51,641 nt of DNA from Octopus sinensis (Eukaryota), in NCBI RefSeq assembly GCF_006345805.1, contig NW_021834681.1, forward strand, positions 1 through 51,641, written 5' to 3'. The notes under the pieces were generated by a model that saw only the letters and a list, made by a program, of their open reading frames with translations, was not told the DNA's origin and did not search any database. The translations under genes were made by a program, and so were the position numbers. Positions within the stretch are counted from its first letter, which is position 1. Every line of letters begins with the position of its first letter. Positions 40,657 through 51,641 of the stretch are shown piece by piece.

Positions 40657-40780
40657 GATACCGTTACCGTTACCGTTACCGACCAGGCTGTCAGATGTTG
40701 CTACACATCGCTGGTCACAATGCGCTTCGCATTGTTTTAGCCTTCAAATGACGCCACCCCGCTGGCTAAGCGAGCAGGCC
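40657..40780 (-). mobile_element. SINE B2 tail in inverted orientation
   Basis: Reverse complement of 40516-40624. Confidence 0.85.
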
Positions 40781-40890
<110 letters not shown>

Positions 40891-40899
40891 TTATATATA

Positions 40900-40937
<38 letters not shown>

Positions 40938-41499
40938 TATATATATAAAGAGAGAGAGGGGAGGGGATAGAGATAGAAATGGATAGATAGACAGATAGAT
41001 AGAGAGACTGACTGACAGGCAGGCAGATGGATGGATAGAGAAATGAAAGAAGCAAGCAGAAACGGCAGTAGATATAAAGAAAAAAACTCCGTTCACTTCA
41101 TACACACACATTCTCTTAGATACACACAGACACACACATACACACACACACGAATACATACTCCATACATACACATACTTTTACTTTGGCACACGCTTTC
41201 ACAAACCCATACAGGTATCAAGACGCAAACGAAACTTCACGCAAATATATATCTTTCCTCCCCACACACACACGCACACACAACACACACCACACACACA
41301 TACGCACACACACACAGACACACAGACACACACACAAACACACACACACACACGCACACACATTACGCATGCAAATATTCTCTGAACATAATTCTTCGTG
41401 AGAGGATGATGTTGTCTGCTGGTTCCTCTTCCTTTGATTCCAATGTCGTACCATGTCGACACAAACTAAAAACATTCTTCAGCTACTGACGCAGACGAT

Positions 41500-41580
41500 G
41501 AACAAATCTCACTTCCGGTGTCCATTTCCCCCCTCCCCCTTTCTCCTTTCCTCAGCCGCCATTTTAACCGGTTTCCTTTT
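41500..41580 (-). promoter_or_regulatory. Promoter-like ETS + YY1 motifs and candidate first coding exon (41562-41513)
   Basis: AAAATGGCGGC with ATG at 41562-41560, CCGGAAGTG, donor GTGAGA at 41512; would encode MAAEERRKGEGGNGHR; no downstream exon found. Confidence 0.25.
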
Positions 41581-41659
41581 ACTACAAAACAAATCATCAT
41601 TGTTAAACGAAAACAACAGAAAACGAAAAGGAAAACAATGAGCAGATAGATTGAAAACC

Positions 41660-42572
41660 ATTGATCAAATACACACACACACACACATACATACATACAT
41701 ACATACATTCATACATACATACATACATACACACATACATACATACATACATACATACATACATACATACACACATACATACATACATACACACATACAT
41801 ACATACATACATACATACACACATACATACATACATACATACATACATACACACATACATACATACATACACACATACATACATACATACATATATATAT
41901 ATATATGTGTATGTGTACACGTCAACGTAATATATATGTGCATATGTGTATGTGGGGGGTGTATAAAACAAGTACACACATGTGTATAAATTATATATAT
42001 AAACATACATAGGTATGTATGTTTGTATGTTTGTATGTATATATATATATATACATATATGTATACATATATACATATATATATACATATATATATACAC
42101 ATATATATACACTCATATATATATACATATATATATAGTATATATATATATATATATAATATACAATATATATATATATACATATATATAAATGTGTACG
42201 TATGAATATGCAGACACACACATGTCAATTATGTATTTTATGTTTGATGTTGGGAATGTACCGGTGGTAGTAGTAGTAGTAGTAGTGGTAGTTATACGAG
42301 TTGTGGTTGTTGTATTGCTATTGTATGGCTGTTGTTTGTGGTGGAGTTCGTAAAAACTGTTATTTTGAGTTTGTTGTTGGGAGGCGCTAAAGGTTTATTT
42401 AGTTTACATGTGTTGGTAATACAACGGTTTAATTACTACATATTAGGAAAAAATACTCAGCCTTTCTTCTATCTATCTATCTATCTGTCGATATGTATAT
42501 GAATTTGAGTGTATATATATGTATATATATATATATCTATATATATATATATTCATATATATATATATTCAT

Positions 42573-42621
<49 letters not shown>

Positions 42622-42652
42622 TATATATATGCATATATATATATACATATAT

Positions 42653-42686
<34 letters not shown>

Positions 42687-42735
42687 TTATTACACACACT
42701 CTCACATCCATATGTATGTATGAAAGTATGTATAT
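41660..42735. repeat. (TACA)n and (TA)n arrays
   Basis: Visible. Confidence 0.9.
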
Positions 42736-42909
42736 ATATACAAATTAGAACGATAGATAAACACACAAAGAGAAAATTGCTGAAAAATATTTCTCGTACT
42801 GAAATACTTTATCTTTGTCGGACTGTTTTCTCCTTTCTCCTTCTCCCAAACACACTTCCGCGCGTCTCCCACAATGAAATGATATAGTCTACTTAAGAAA
42901 ACCTTAGTT

Positions 42910-43233
42910 CAGGGGTTCTGAACCATTTCTTTACTAATGGACCCCTTTGATTATTATTTTATTCTGAAGGACCCCCGTAGCCATTTGATGTTTTAAAACT
43001 AGTCCTATAGATTCTGCTTTCAAAATTCCTATCTTGTTTTCCACGCATTAACTTGTGTAGGTTGAACTATGTAAAATGTTAGAAACCTAGCTGTTTCTTG
43101 CAATATATACTAAAGCAAAAATTTTTCAGAGGCCCTTAAAATACTATTGTGAATCCCCAAATCACTATTTTGTTGAGTGGAGCCCCCAAAATCTTATATG
43201 AACCACCATAAGGAGCCCGGTTAAGAACCACTG
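42910..43233. mobile_element. hAT-superfamily (Charlie-like) MITE, 324 bp
   Basis: TIRs CAGGGGTTCTGAACC / GGTTAAGAACCACTG (13/15 match); perfect 8-bp TSD CCTTAGTT at 42902-42909 and 43234-43241. Confidence 0.92.
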
Positions 43234-43557
43234 CCTTAGTTACTTGATACTGACGAGCACCAGCGATATCGAAATAACAGCTGTTTACCAATATTAGTGA
43301 CTGTAGAGATGAAATCGAATAGTAAAGAGTTTTAGTTAAATGTAAACGTAAACGAAATAAAATTATATGTGATTAATGATTATATCATATACTTCATTCA
43401 ATTTAACTCAAATTTAATTCGCTAACGAAAAAGTAAGATAACATTGACTTCTGGAAAGATGACTTTGTATCTTTTAATGGATGTGAATCGTCGATGTACC
43501 AAAAATAAGTAAGGTCAAATATGGCCGAAAGTATGATTGGAAACTATTATTGAATGC

Positions 43558-43875
43558 GCGTATGTATGTATGTATGTATGTATGTATGTATGTATGTATG
43601 TATGTATGTATGTATGTATGTATGTATGTATGTATGTATGTATTGTATGTATGTATGTATGTATGTATGTATGTATGTATGTGTATGTATGTATGTATGT
43701 ATGTATGTATGTATGTATGAATGTATGTATGTATGTATGAATGTATGTATGTATGTATGTATGTATGTATCTTTGTATTGTATGTATGTATGTATGTATG
43801 TATGTATGTATGTATGATGTATGTATGTATGTATGTATGCATGTATGTATGTATGTATGTATGTTTGTATGTATG
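43558..43875. repeat. (TATG)n array
   Basis: Visible. Confidence 0.95.
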
Positions 43876-44039
43876 AGAAAATCAATGAAATAGTTAGAAA
43901 CTACTCATAAGAGGTGATTGATAATTTGGGACAAAAGGTAAATAAACGAATAAGTCTAAGAAATTCGCAGAGAAGTCTTTGAAAATTAAAAGTGGAAAGA
44001 TTAAGGAATTGGTAAATATAAGAGAGACTGAATCGCAGA

Positions 44040-44091
<52 letters not shown>

Positions 44092-44944
44092 GAGAGAGAG
44101 ACAACGTGGAAGATAGGATGAGAGATTGAGGTCGAGAGAGATATGTGTGAGAGAGGGGCAGAAAAGATAGATAAGAAATGAGAATGATAAAGATAAAAAA
44201 TGTCAGAAAGAAGTAGAGAGAGAGAGAAAGAAAAGCTAGGAAGGGTAGAGATGGGGTCGGGGAGAGAGAGAGAAAAGAGAAAGTTCGAGATGGAATTAGA
44301 GAGAGGGAGAAATAGAGGTGGCGAAAGATATATGGAAAAGAGGGAGAAGAGAGAGAGAGTGTGTAATGAAGCGAAAAAAAGGGGACAGAGCTAAGATGTG
44401 ATACATTGAATATGTGTAAGAAATAGATGCACATCCTTTAAGTCGACCGATAAACATTCCTTCCCCAAGACATATGGACATTTCTCCGAAAACCAGAACA
44501 TAGAAAGTCGACAAGGAAGCAATTATCAGAAAACGAAAGGATACAGGAATTTTTTTATGTGTTTTTGCTATTCTCAACACCGAACACCAAAGAAAAGAGG
44601 AGCTAAAAATAACAAAATGGCCGTCCATTAAAATGAGTTGGTAAACTATGGCGGGAATTTCACCGGAAACTTAGTGTGTATTGTTTGATTGAATCGTACT
44701 GACAAGGTGGACTTAGAGCGAAATAATTTTAATACCGGTGTTTGTAGTTCTTAGTGTCTACCTGTCTGTGATAGGAGCAAACTTCCTCTGATCTTGGAAT
44801 TGGAAAAAAAATTTCTCTACTTAATTCTATTAGAGATATCAATAACAGTTGTGGTATTGGTAAGAAAATCTTACTCTGACTGTCTGCCTGTCTGTCTGTC
44901 TATCCATCTCACAATACTGATGTATAGCGCTGAAAACAATAACT

Positions 44945-45006
<62 letters not shown>

Positions 45007-45015
45007 ACTACTACT

Positions 45016-45055
<40 letters not shown>

Positions 45056-45057
<2 letters not shown>

Positions 45058-45242
45058 GGAAAGTTTACGAAAATAAACAAAAGACGAAGGCAGGTGGAGT
45101 ACAAACAAACAAATGTATTAGTATAGCGCTCAGGAATAGAAAAAGTCTTTTACGTTTCGAGCCTACGCTCTTCGACAGAAAGATACACAGAAAAAAACAA
45201 GGAGAGAAATCAATGCGTGTAGGAGCTAACGATCTATCATGG
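45056..45242 (-). mobile_element. Penelope-type terminal repeat family E2 with hammerhead motif at 45146-45183
   Basis: Minus strand TCTTT-CTGTCGA-A-GAGC-GTAG-GCTC-GAAACGTA-AAAGA; (TA)n on both sides. Confidence 0.75.
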
Positions 45243-45350
45243 TATATATATATATATATACAATTTAATAAGGGTAGAAATTGATATTAGTCAATTAAAA
45301 CCAGTGGCCCAGCATATTAAAAAGAATCCGAAGATTAAAATATTTTTTAC

Positions 45351-45764
45351 ATACAGATTTAAAGGACTGAACACGAAAAGTGGTGGACTGTCAACATGCT
45401 AGATATAGACGTCAAATCGCTATTTTTCACAAAGAGTATGTTCTCAAATAAAAACTCAGCACAAAACCAAAGCATTAAACAAGACAAATGAAAATATACG
45501 AAATAAAATAATTACCCATGTACTGAATCAGTTTCGATTATTATTATCCGCAAAGATAAAGTTGCGGATAATAATAATCGAAACTGATTCAGTACATGGT
45601 TAATTATTTTATTTCGTATATTTTCATTTGTCTTGTTTAATGCTTTGGTTTTGTGCTGAGTTTTTATTTGAGAACATACACTTTGTGAAAAATAGCGATT
45701 TGACGTCTATATCTAGCATGTTGACTGTCCACCACTTTTCCTGTTCAGTCCTTTAAATTTGTAT
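45351..45764. repeat. Near-perfect palindrome, 203-bp arms, 8-nt spacer
   Basis: Arms 45351-45553 and 45562-45764, spacer AGATAAAG; 5 mismatches counted by eye. Confidence 0.95.
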
Positions 45765-46578
45765 ATATATATATATATATACGTATAGAGTTTTATCTAT
45801 CGATATATACGTATAAATGTATGTGTGCGTGTGTTTTTGCAAGAAAAAGGTTGGCAGTGGTTTTGGAATTTCAGCTTGCTCACCGTCATCATAGTCCAAT
45901 GACGTCCGGGGAGGTCGAAATGTCCAAGTCGTTATCAACTGTTTTCTTGTAACAGTTAAGAAAGATTTTCTACTAAAAAGTATTGAGAAATACTTTTGTG
46001 CAATAAGATAAACGTACGCACATACACGCATAATACATATAAATATAAACACACACGCAAACACACATACAAACTCAGGCACAGACACACACATACACAC
46101 ACGTGCACACATAAACACCTCACACTTTCCCATAGAATTTACTTTAGGTTTCTGGAGCCCAATGTTTCATGCTGAGAGAAACCAAGATTCAAGTAATATT
46201 CAAATCATAAATTATACTCCAGCATGTAACTGACATCACCGACACAGGTAGAATATCATTTGTTGGACTTCTTCAGCATGAAACCGTGGGTTCTTGATAG
46301 GTATTATAAATTCAATTAAAAATTGTTTATCTAACGTCCCTATGTTGAGCACTTATTCTTCTATTCCGTTGTTGATACTTGTTCATGTGTATACGTGTGC
46401 ATACATGTTCGTATATATACATACATATGCATGATAATACAATCATGTATATATATATATATAAATTCTGAATTTTCTGCTGCTTTAAATAAAGCATATA
46501 CTCTACCACTGGTATTTGAGTACTCTTTTTTCCACCTTGTTTCACATTTATGTGTTTTATCCGGTATATATATATATC

Positions 46579-46645
<67 letters not shown>

Positions 46646-46666
46646 TATATATATATATATACACAC

Positions 46667-46699
<33 letters not shown>

Positions 46700-46704
46700 A
46701 TAAT

Positions 46705-47194
46705 ATCACCGTCACCATGACCGACCAGGCTATCAGATGTTGCTACACATCGCTAGTCACAATGCGCTTCGCATTGTTTTAACCTTCAAATGACGCTACC
46801 CCGGGGTGATGTGGTTTGGTATAGTGGTGTGTGTTGTGGTGGTGTGTGGAGTGGTGGTGTGTGTTGTGGTGGTGTGTGGAGTGGTGGTGTGTGGAGTGGT
46901 GGTGTGTGGTGTGGTGGTGTGGTTGTGTTGAGGTGTGGTTGTGTTGAGGTGTGGGGAGGCGAGAACGGGGGAAGCAAGGGTGGGGTGTGCGCTAGAGAGG
47001 GGTGTGCGCTAGGGTGGGGTGTGCGCTAGAGAGGGGTGTGCGCTAGGGTGGGGTGTGCGCTAGGGTGAGGCTGGGGTAGGGATGGTGTATGTGGGAGTGG
47101 GGTGGGATGGCGTGGTTGGAATGCGTAGGGAATAGAAACCGCGATCCTACAACCGCGAGTCTGCTGCCCTAACCACTGGGCCATTGCGCCTCCA
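46705..47194 (-). mobile_element. SINE family B2 with body replaced by G-rich tandem repeats
   Basis: Tail 46705-46802, head 47130-47194, middle (GGTGT)n and ~15-bp GGGGTGTGCGCTAG units. Confidence 0.7.
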
Positions 47195-47366
47195 TATTTA
47201 TATATATATATTTATATTTGTGTGTGCGTGTGAGTGTGTGTATGTGTATGAGAGTGTGTGTGTGTTTGTGTGCGTGTGAGTGTGTATGTGTGTGTATGAG
47301 TATGTATGTGTGTATATGTATGTATGTGTGTATGTGTATGTGTGTGTGTATATGCATGTATGCGTA

Positions 47367-47417
<51 letters not shown>

Positions 47418-47442
47418 TTGAGTGGGGCTGTCCTTATTTTTG

Positions 47443-47547
47443 CATTAGCCAGCGGGGTGGCGTTATTTGAAGGCTAAAACAATGCAAATGCGGACCAGAA
47501 ATGTGTAACAACATATGATAACCTGGTCGGTCACATGATCACGTGAT
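47443..47547 (+). mobile_element. SINE B2 tail fragment
   Basis: Matches 40527-40636. Confidence 0.75.
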
Positions 47548-47676
47548 ATATATACATACATAATTGTAAATAATGTACATACATAAATATATATACAAGT
47601 ATATATATATATAGACCTATACACACATATATATATACACATACAAACATAAATGTATATATATTTATATATATTC

Positions 47677-47842
47677 TTTTGTTCTTTTACTTGTTTTAAT
47701 CATTTGACTGCAGCCATGCTGCAGCACCGCTTTTAGTCGAACAACTCGACCCCAGGACTTTTTCTTTGTAAGCCTAGTACTTATTTACTTATTCTACCGG
47801 TCGCTTTTATCGAAGTGCTAAGTTACAGGGACAAACACAGAC
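47677..47842 (-). mobile_element. SINE family C, 3' half
   Basis: Matches 28180-28330. Confidence 0.8.
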
Positions 47843-47860
47843 ATACAAATACATACATAT

Positions 47861-47906
<46 letters not shown>

Positions 47907-47949
47907 GCATATATATATATATATATATAATATAATATATATATACTTG

Positions 47950-48340
47950 TAATTTAGAAAAAAAAGCAAAAACAGATGTATTAGTTTAAAGCTCGGGGAG
48001 TGAGAAAGTCTTTTACGTTTCGAGACTACGCTCTTCAACAGAAAGGACCACAGAAATAAACAGAGAGCGAAAAGAATGAAGGTTTAGTGGCTAGCGATCT
48101 ATCATGGCGAATGCCGGACTGTGGGGTCACACAGGAGAACTAGGAAGAAAAGGTGATAATAAAGTAGTGGTGATCCCAAAACGTAGGTGGGGGTGGGATG
48201 GTGGGATGGTGGGGTTGGAATGTGTAGGGGTGGTTAACAAGGAAGGGGTGACGATGAAGGGAGAGCGTGGAAGGGAGAAGATGGGTAGAAGTGAAGAGAG
48301 GTAGTAGGTATCAGAGCAAGAGAGGACAGGTGGGTGGGAA
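47950..48340 (-). mobile_element. Penelope-type E2 repeat with ~235 bp of upstream pyrimidine-rich sequence
   Basis: Hammerhead motif 48009-48046 (CTGTTGA core); sequence continues past the boundary seen in other copies. Confidence 0.65.
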
Positions 48341-48536
48341 GAAGTACACACGCACACACACACACATAGGAAGCTTCGTGCATACTACTCACAACTAACA
48401 TCTTTTCGTTAAAATGTAATATCATATACTTCTCGTCTGAGTTCTATTTTCTTGTTTATCTTACCACACACACACACACACTTGCATGTAAGTTTTTTGT
48501 GTCTGTTTCTGTGAGATCGAATATCTTATCCGCAAT

Positions 48537-48794
48537 CGTGGCACTCCGTCAGTTGCGACGACGAGGGTTCCAGATGATCTGATGAACGGAACAGTCTGCT
48601 CGTGAAAGTTCTCGGGGGAGATTCTGCGTGACACTGAGTGTGACAAGACTGGCGAAAATAGGAAGAATGAGTGAGAGAAAGTTGTGGTGAAAGAGTACAG
48701 CAAGGTTCGCCACCACCTCGGGGTGTTTTTGCTCAATAAACACTCAACGCCCGGTCTGGGAGTCGAAACCGCGATACTACGACCGCGAGTCCGC
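48537..48794 (-). mobile_element. SINE family B1 with internal deletions
   Basis: Reverse complement matches 16490-16838. Confidence 0.8.
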
Positions 48795-49372
48795 CTACAC
48801 CATCCGCAATAAAGACAATAACTAAGAAATCATAAACTTGTACCAAAAATTTTTAATAATAAAAAGAAAGAAAGAAATAATAAAAACAAACAAAAACATA
48901 AGAATATCACTCAAAAATGACCCCAAAATTAAAAAGTTACTGAATTATTATTACTGGAAAAAGAAAAAAATGAAGTAAAAATAAAACATCCTTCGAAGCT
49001 CTCATATTCTGGAAAATATGTATTTTTGTTACTTGAAAAATTTGAAACAAAATAAATATATAAATGTTTAAAAACATTCAATTTGAAAACTATCAAGTTT
49101 AATGAGAATTGTTAATTTATTTCGATTAAAAACTATGCAGGAAATTTTTTAAAAATTAGGTGAAGCTGCAAATAAATAAATAAATAAATAAATAAGTAAA
49201 AAGAAAATGCAAAAAAAACAAGGTTGATCTTTAAAAACAATATACAAAATGAAAAGGTTTTGTTTCAATGTTTTTTTTTGTTTTAACAGAAAGTTTTCAG
49301 GAATGAAAACCGACTTAATTTTGTGTACTTTTAAAATTTTGTTTAATTTTTGCTGTCAGAGTTTGGTTTGAT

Positions 49373-49413
<41 letters not shown>

Positions 49414-50196
49414 TAAGTATGTGTGTGTATGAGTGGTGGTGTGTGTCTTTTTTTATCGCGTAGCTGATTATTTAAGACCGTAGTTCCAGTCATTATTAAA
49501 CTTCTTCCAGCCTCCCCACCCAGCTCATCCTAAAAAAAAGCCAACAAAAGAAAAAAAACGAATAATGCAGTATAAAATAGAAACAACAAAATATCAGGAA
49601 AAAAAACATTAAAAAAATGTGCAAAAAAAACAAAACAAAGGGAAAAAAATCCGTATTCTTCCTGAAAAGATGCTAAATGAAACGAATTAAAACCATTTAT
49701 TATTGCGCTGTTTTCTGACAAGAAATGGCGAAGATTTCTTCTTTAAAATAAATAAATAAATAAAAAATGACGAAATCGAATGTTTTTTTTCTCTTTCATA
49801 TAAAAATTGTGTGTTGTTGCTTGTTTAAAAGAACGGAGATTTTTTTTCTTAAAAACTAATATTGCCAATGTCTTCATCTTTTTGACGGGGGTCGGAAATA
49901 ATTAAAATGATAATTAACACCAAAAATAAAATCTGCAACGCCACCTACTTACCATACTTTGAAATGTAACAGTTAAAAAAGACCACGTGAAATGAAAGAG
50001 GAAATATTTCTTTCGCGAAATTTAATCAGAGCGGGGGTGGTGTAGGGCAAGAAACAAGGCGGTGGCACCTTATGAACGAAACCTTTTGCATCTAGTTATA
50101 CAAATATTTCGTTGCCATAGTTGCACTGAGAAATGTTGTAAATCAGCAAAGAATCAGTAAATAACGGCGTTATAGTTCACTATTAGCCTTATAAAT

Positions 50197-50247
<51 letters not shown>

Positions 50248-50429
50248 ATACGGTATTTGACGGAATTAAGTCGCACTTTTTCAACACAAAAAAAAATGAA
50301 AACATGAAAAAAAAGAAAAGGTCTCAAAAGTCTCATTGGGCCCTACATACGAAATTGGCCCTCCCAATAAGCCTTAATGCACTAAAACCTTTTCCCCTTG
50401 AATGAGCGCTGTTGAAATTATGATGTGTC

Positions 50430-50815
50430 TCTTATGGCCCGTTTATCTTTTATGCCATCAAATATGGGTGTATCCTAATACAGTATTGACTTTTAGCGAC
50501 CCTGTTATGTTGACAAGCTTTTGATTATATTCACAATATTCAGAAATTGTCTTTTACCTTCTTGTTGTATCATCCGTTCATTTATCTGGTGGTCCTTAAC
50601 ATTCTCCTGTCCACCCACATTTCAAACGCATTATGTTCTCTTCAAATTTGTTCAGAGTCCATGCTTCATAGTCATAAAGGCCTAGTGGCCAAAGGAACGC
50701 CCACACTAGCCTGTTGGGACATTTTTGCTGCTCCAGATGTTAAGATTTTCTATGGACGTTCTTTCCACGGATAGCCGTGTCTTAATGGCCATATTCGAAG
50801 AAGCAAGTGTATTAA
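50430..50815 (-). pseudogene. Degraded RTE-clade LINE fragment (C-terminal of RT)
   Basis: Minus strand LYDYEAWTLNKFEE then NAFEMWVDRRMLR, matching the RTE motif LYG.E.WTL...AFEMW..RR.LR. Confidence 0.7.
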
Positions 50816-50924
50816 TTTCATTTACCGTCCATATTTATATATAAAATACTACAAGTTGCTGTCATTTTTCATGGCACGACGCCAGCTAGTATATATATAT
50901 ATATATATATAATATATATATACA

Positions 50925-51120
50925 TATAGTTAATCCAAACTTGAAAACACAAAGAGAAAACACAACAACGCGAGGACGTGGAACAAGTATAATGTTATTG
51001 GACGCTCAGGAAAGAAGGAAGGAGGGTTTAACGTTTCGAGCGGAGCTCTTCATCAGAAACATAGGAAAAGGAAATATCCAAAGAACGGAAGACGGAGGAA
51101 AAAATCGCCAACGGTACACA
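50925..51120 (-). mobile_element. Penelope-type terminal repeat family E1
   Basis: Homologous to 37490-37683 and 36700-36885. Confidence 0.7.
51026..51060 (-). ncRNA. Minimal type I hammerhead ribozyme motif, intact core
   Basis: GTTT-CTGATGA-A-GAGC-TCC-GCTC-GAAACGTT-AAAC: stem I 4 bp, stem II 4 bp, palindromic ACGT stem III. Confidence 0.65.
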
Positions 51121-51311
51121 CGCAGTCACACACACACACACACCACACACACACACACACACACGCACACACACACATATATATATATTTTAAAGCAAGT
51201 AACCTGACCCTTCTCAATAGAAAGATGGCGAATGTGATAGCATAGCAGTGTTTACGACCATAAATGTTTAAAGCGGCCATACACACATACATACATACAT
51301 GCATACATACA

Positions 51312-51345
<34 letters not shown>

Positions 51346-51641
51346 CATACATACATACACACATGCATACATACATACATACATGCATACATACATACAT
51401 GCATACATGCATACATACATACATATATATACATACGCACACATACATTCGTACATGCATACATTCATACATACATATATATAATATTACATGGAAAAAA
51501 TGCGAACAAGAGAAATAATATTCTTAAGATTATAAACCTGGAAAATTACTGGACAACTTATTACGTCTGCTAAAGTACAGAACACGAACATTTTTACTTA
51601 AAATATTGCAGCTAAGGATAAAATTTCAAATAAAATATTTA

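Overview
Gene-poor, microsatellite-saturated animal genomic DNA. The repeat families and extreme (TA)n/(TACA)n/(TTA)n content suggest an octopus or other coleoid cephalopod (inference, not a database result). No host protein-coding gene can be supported, and nearly all ORF-track entries are translations of simple repeats. The real content is a nested transposon community: four R4/Dong-clade RLE non-LTR retrotransposon copies (one ~3.97 kb and essentially full length), all sitting in (TAA)n tracts with the same polarity; at least four tRNA-derived SINE families with interchangeable tails; two copies of a non-autonomous Helitron carrying a captured ORF-like fragment; a hAT MITE with a perfect 8-bp TSD; foldback elements; a 203-bp-arm palindrome; RTE relics; and many Penelope-type terminal repeats carrying minimal hammerhead ribozyme motifs. 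The most unusual signal is a hammerhead-like motif whose three core strands are in a NON-circularly permuted order (cleavage strand, then GAAA strand, then CUGANGA strand). It occurs with complementary stems I and III in two sequence-unrelated repeats (5035-5094 + and 38121-38199 -), plus a decayed relative (28680-28745 -). Coordinates were counted by eye and element edges are approximate.
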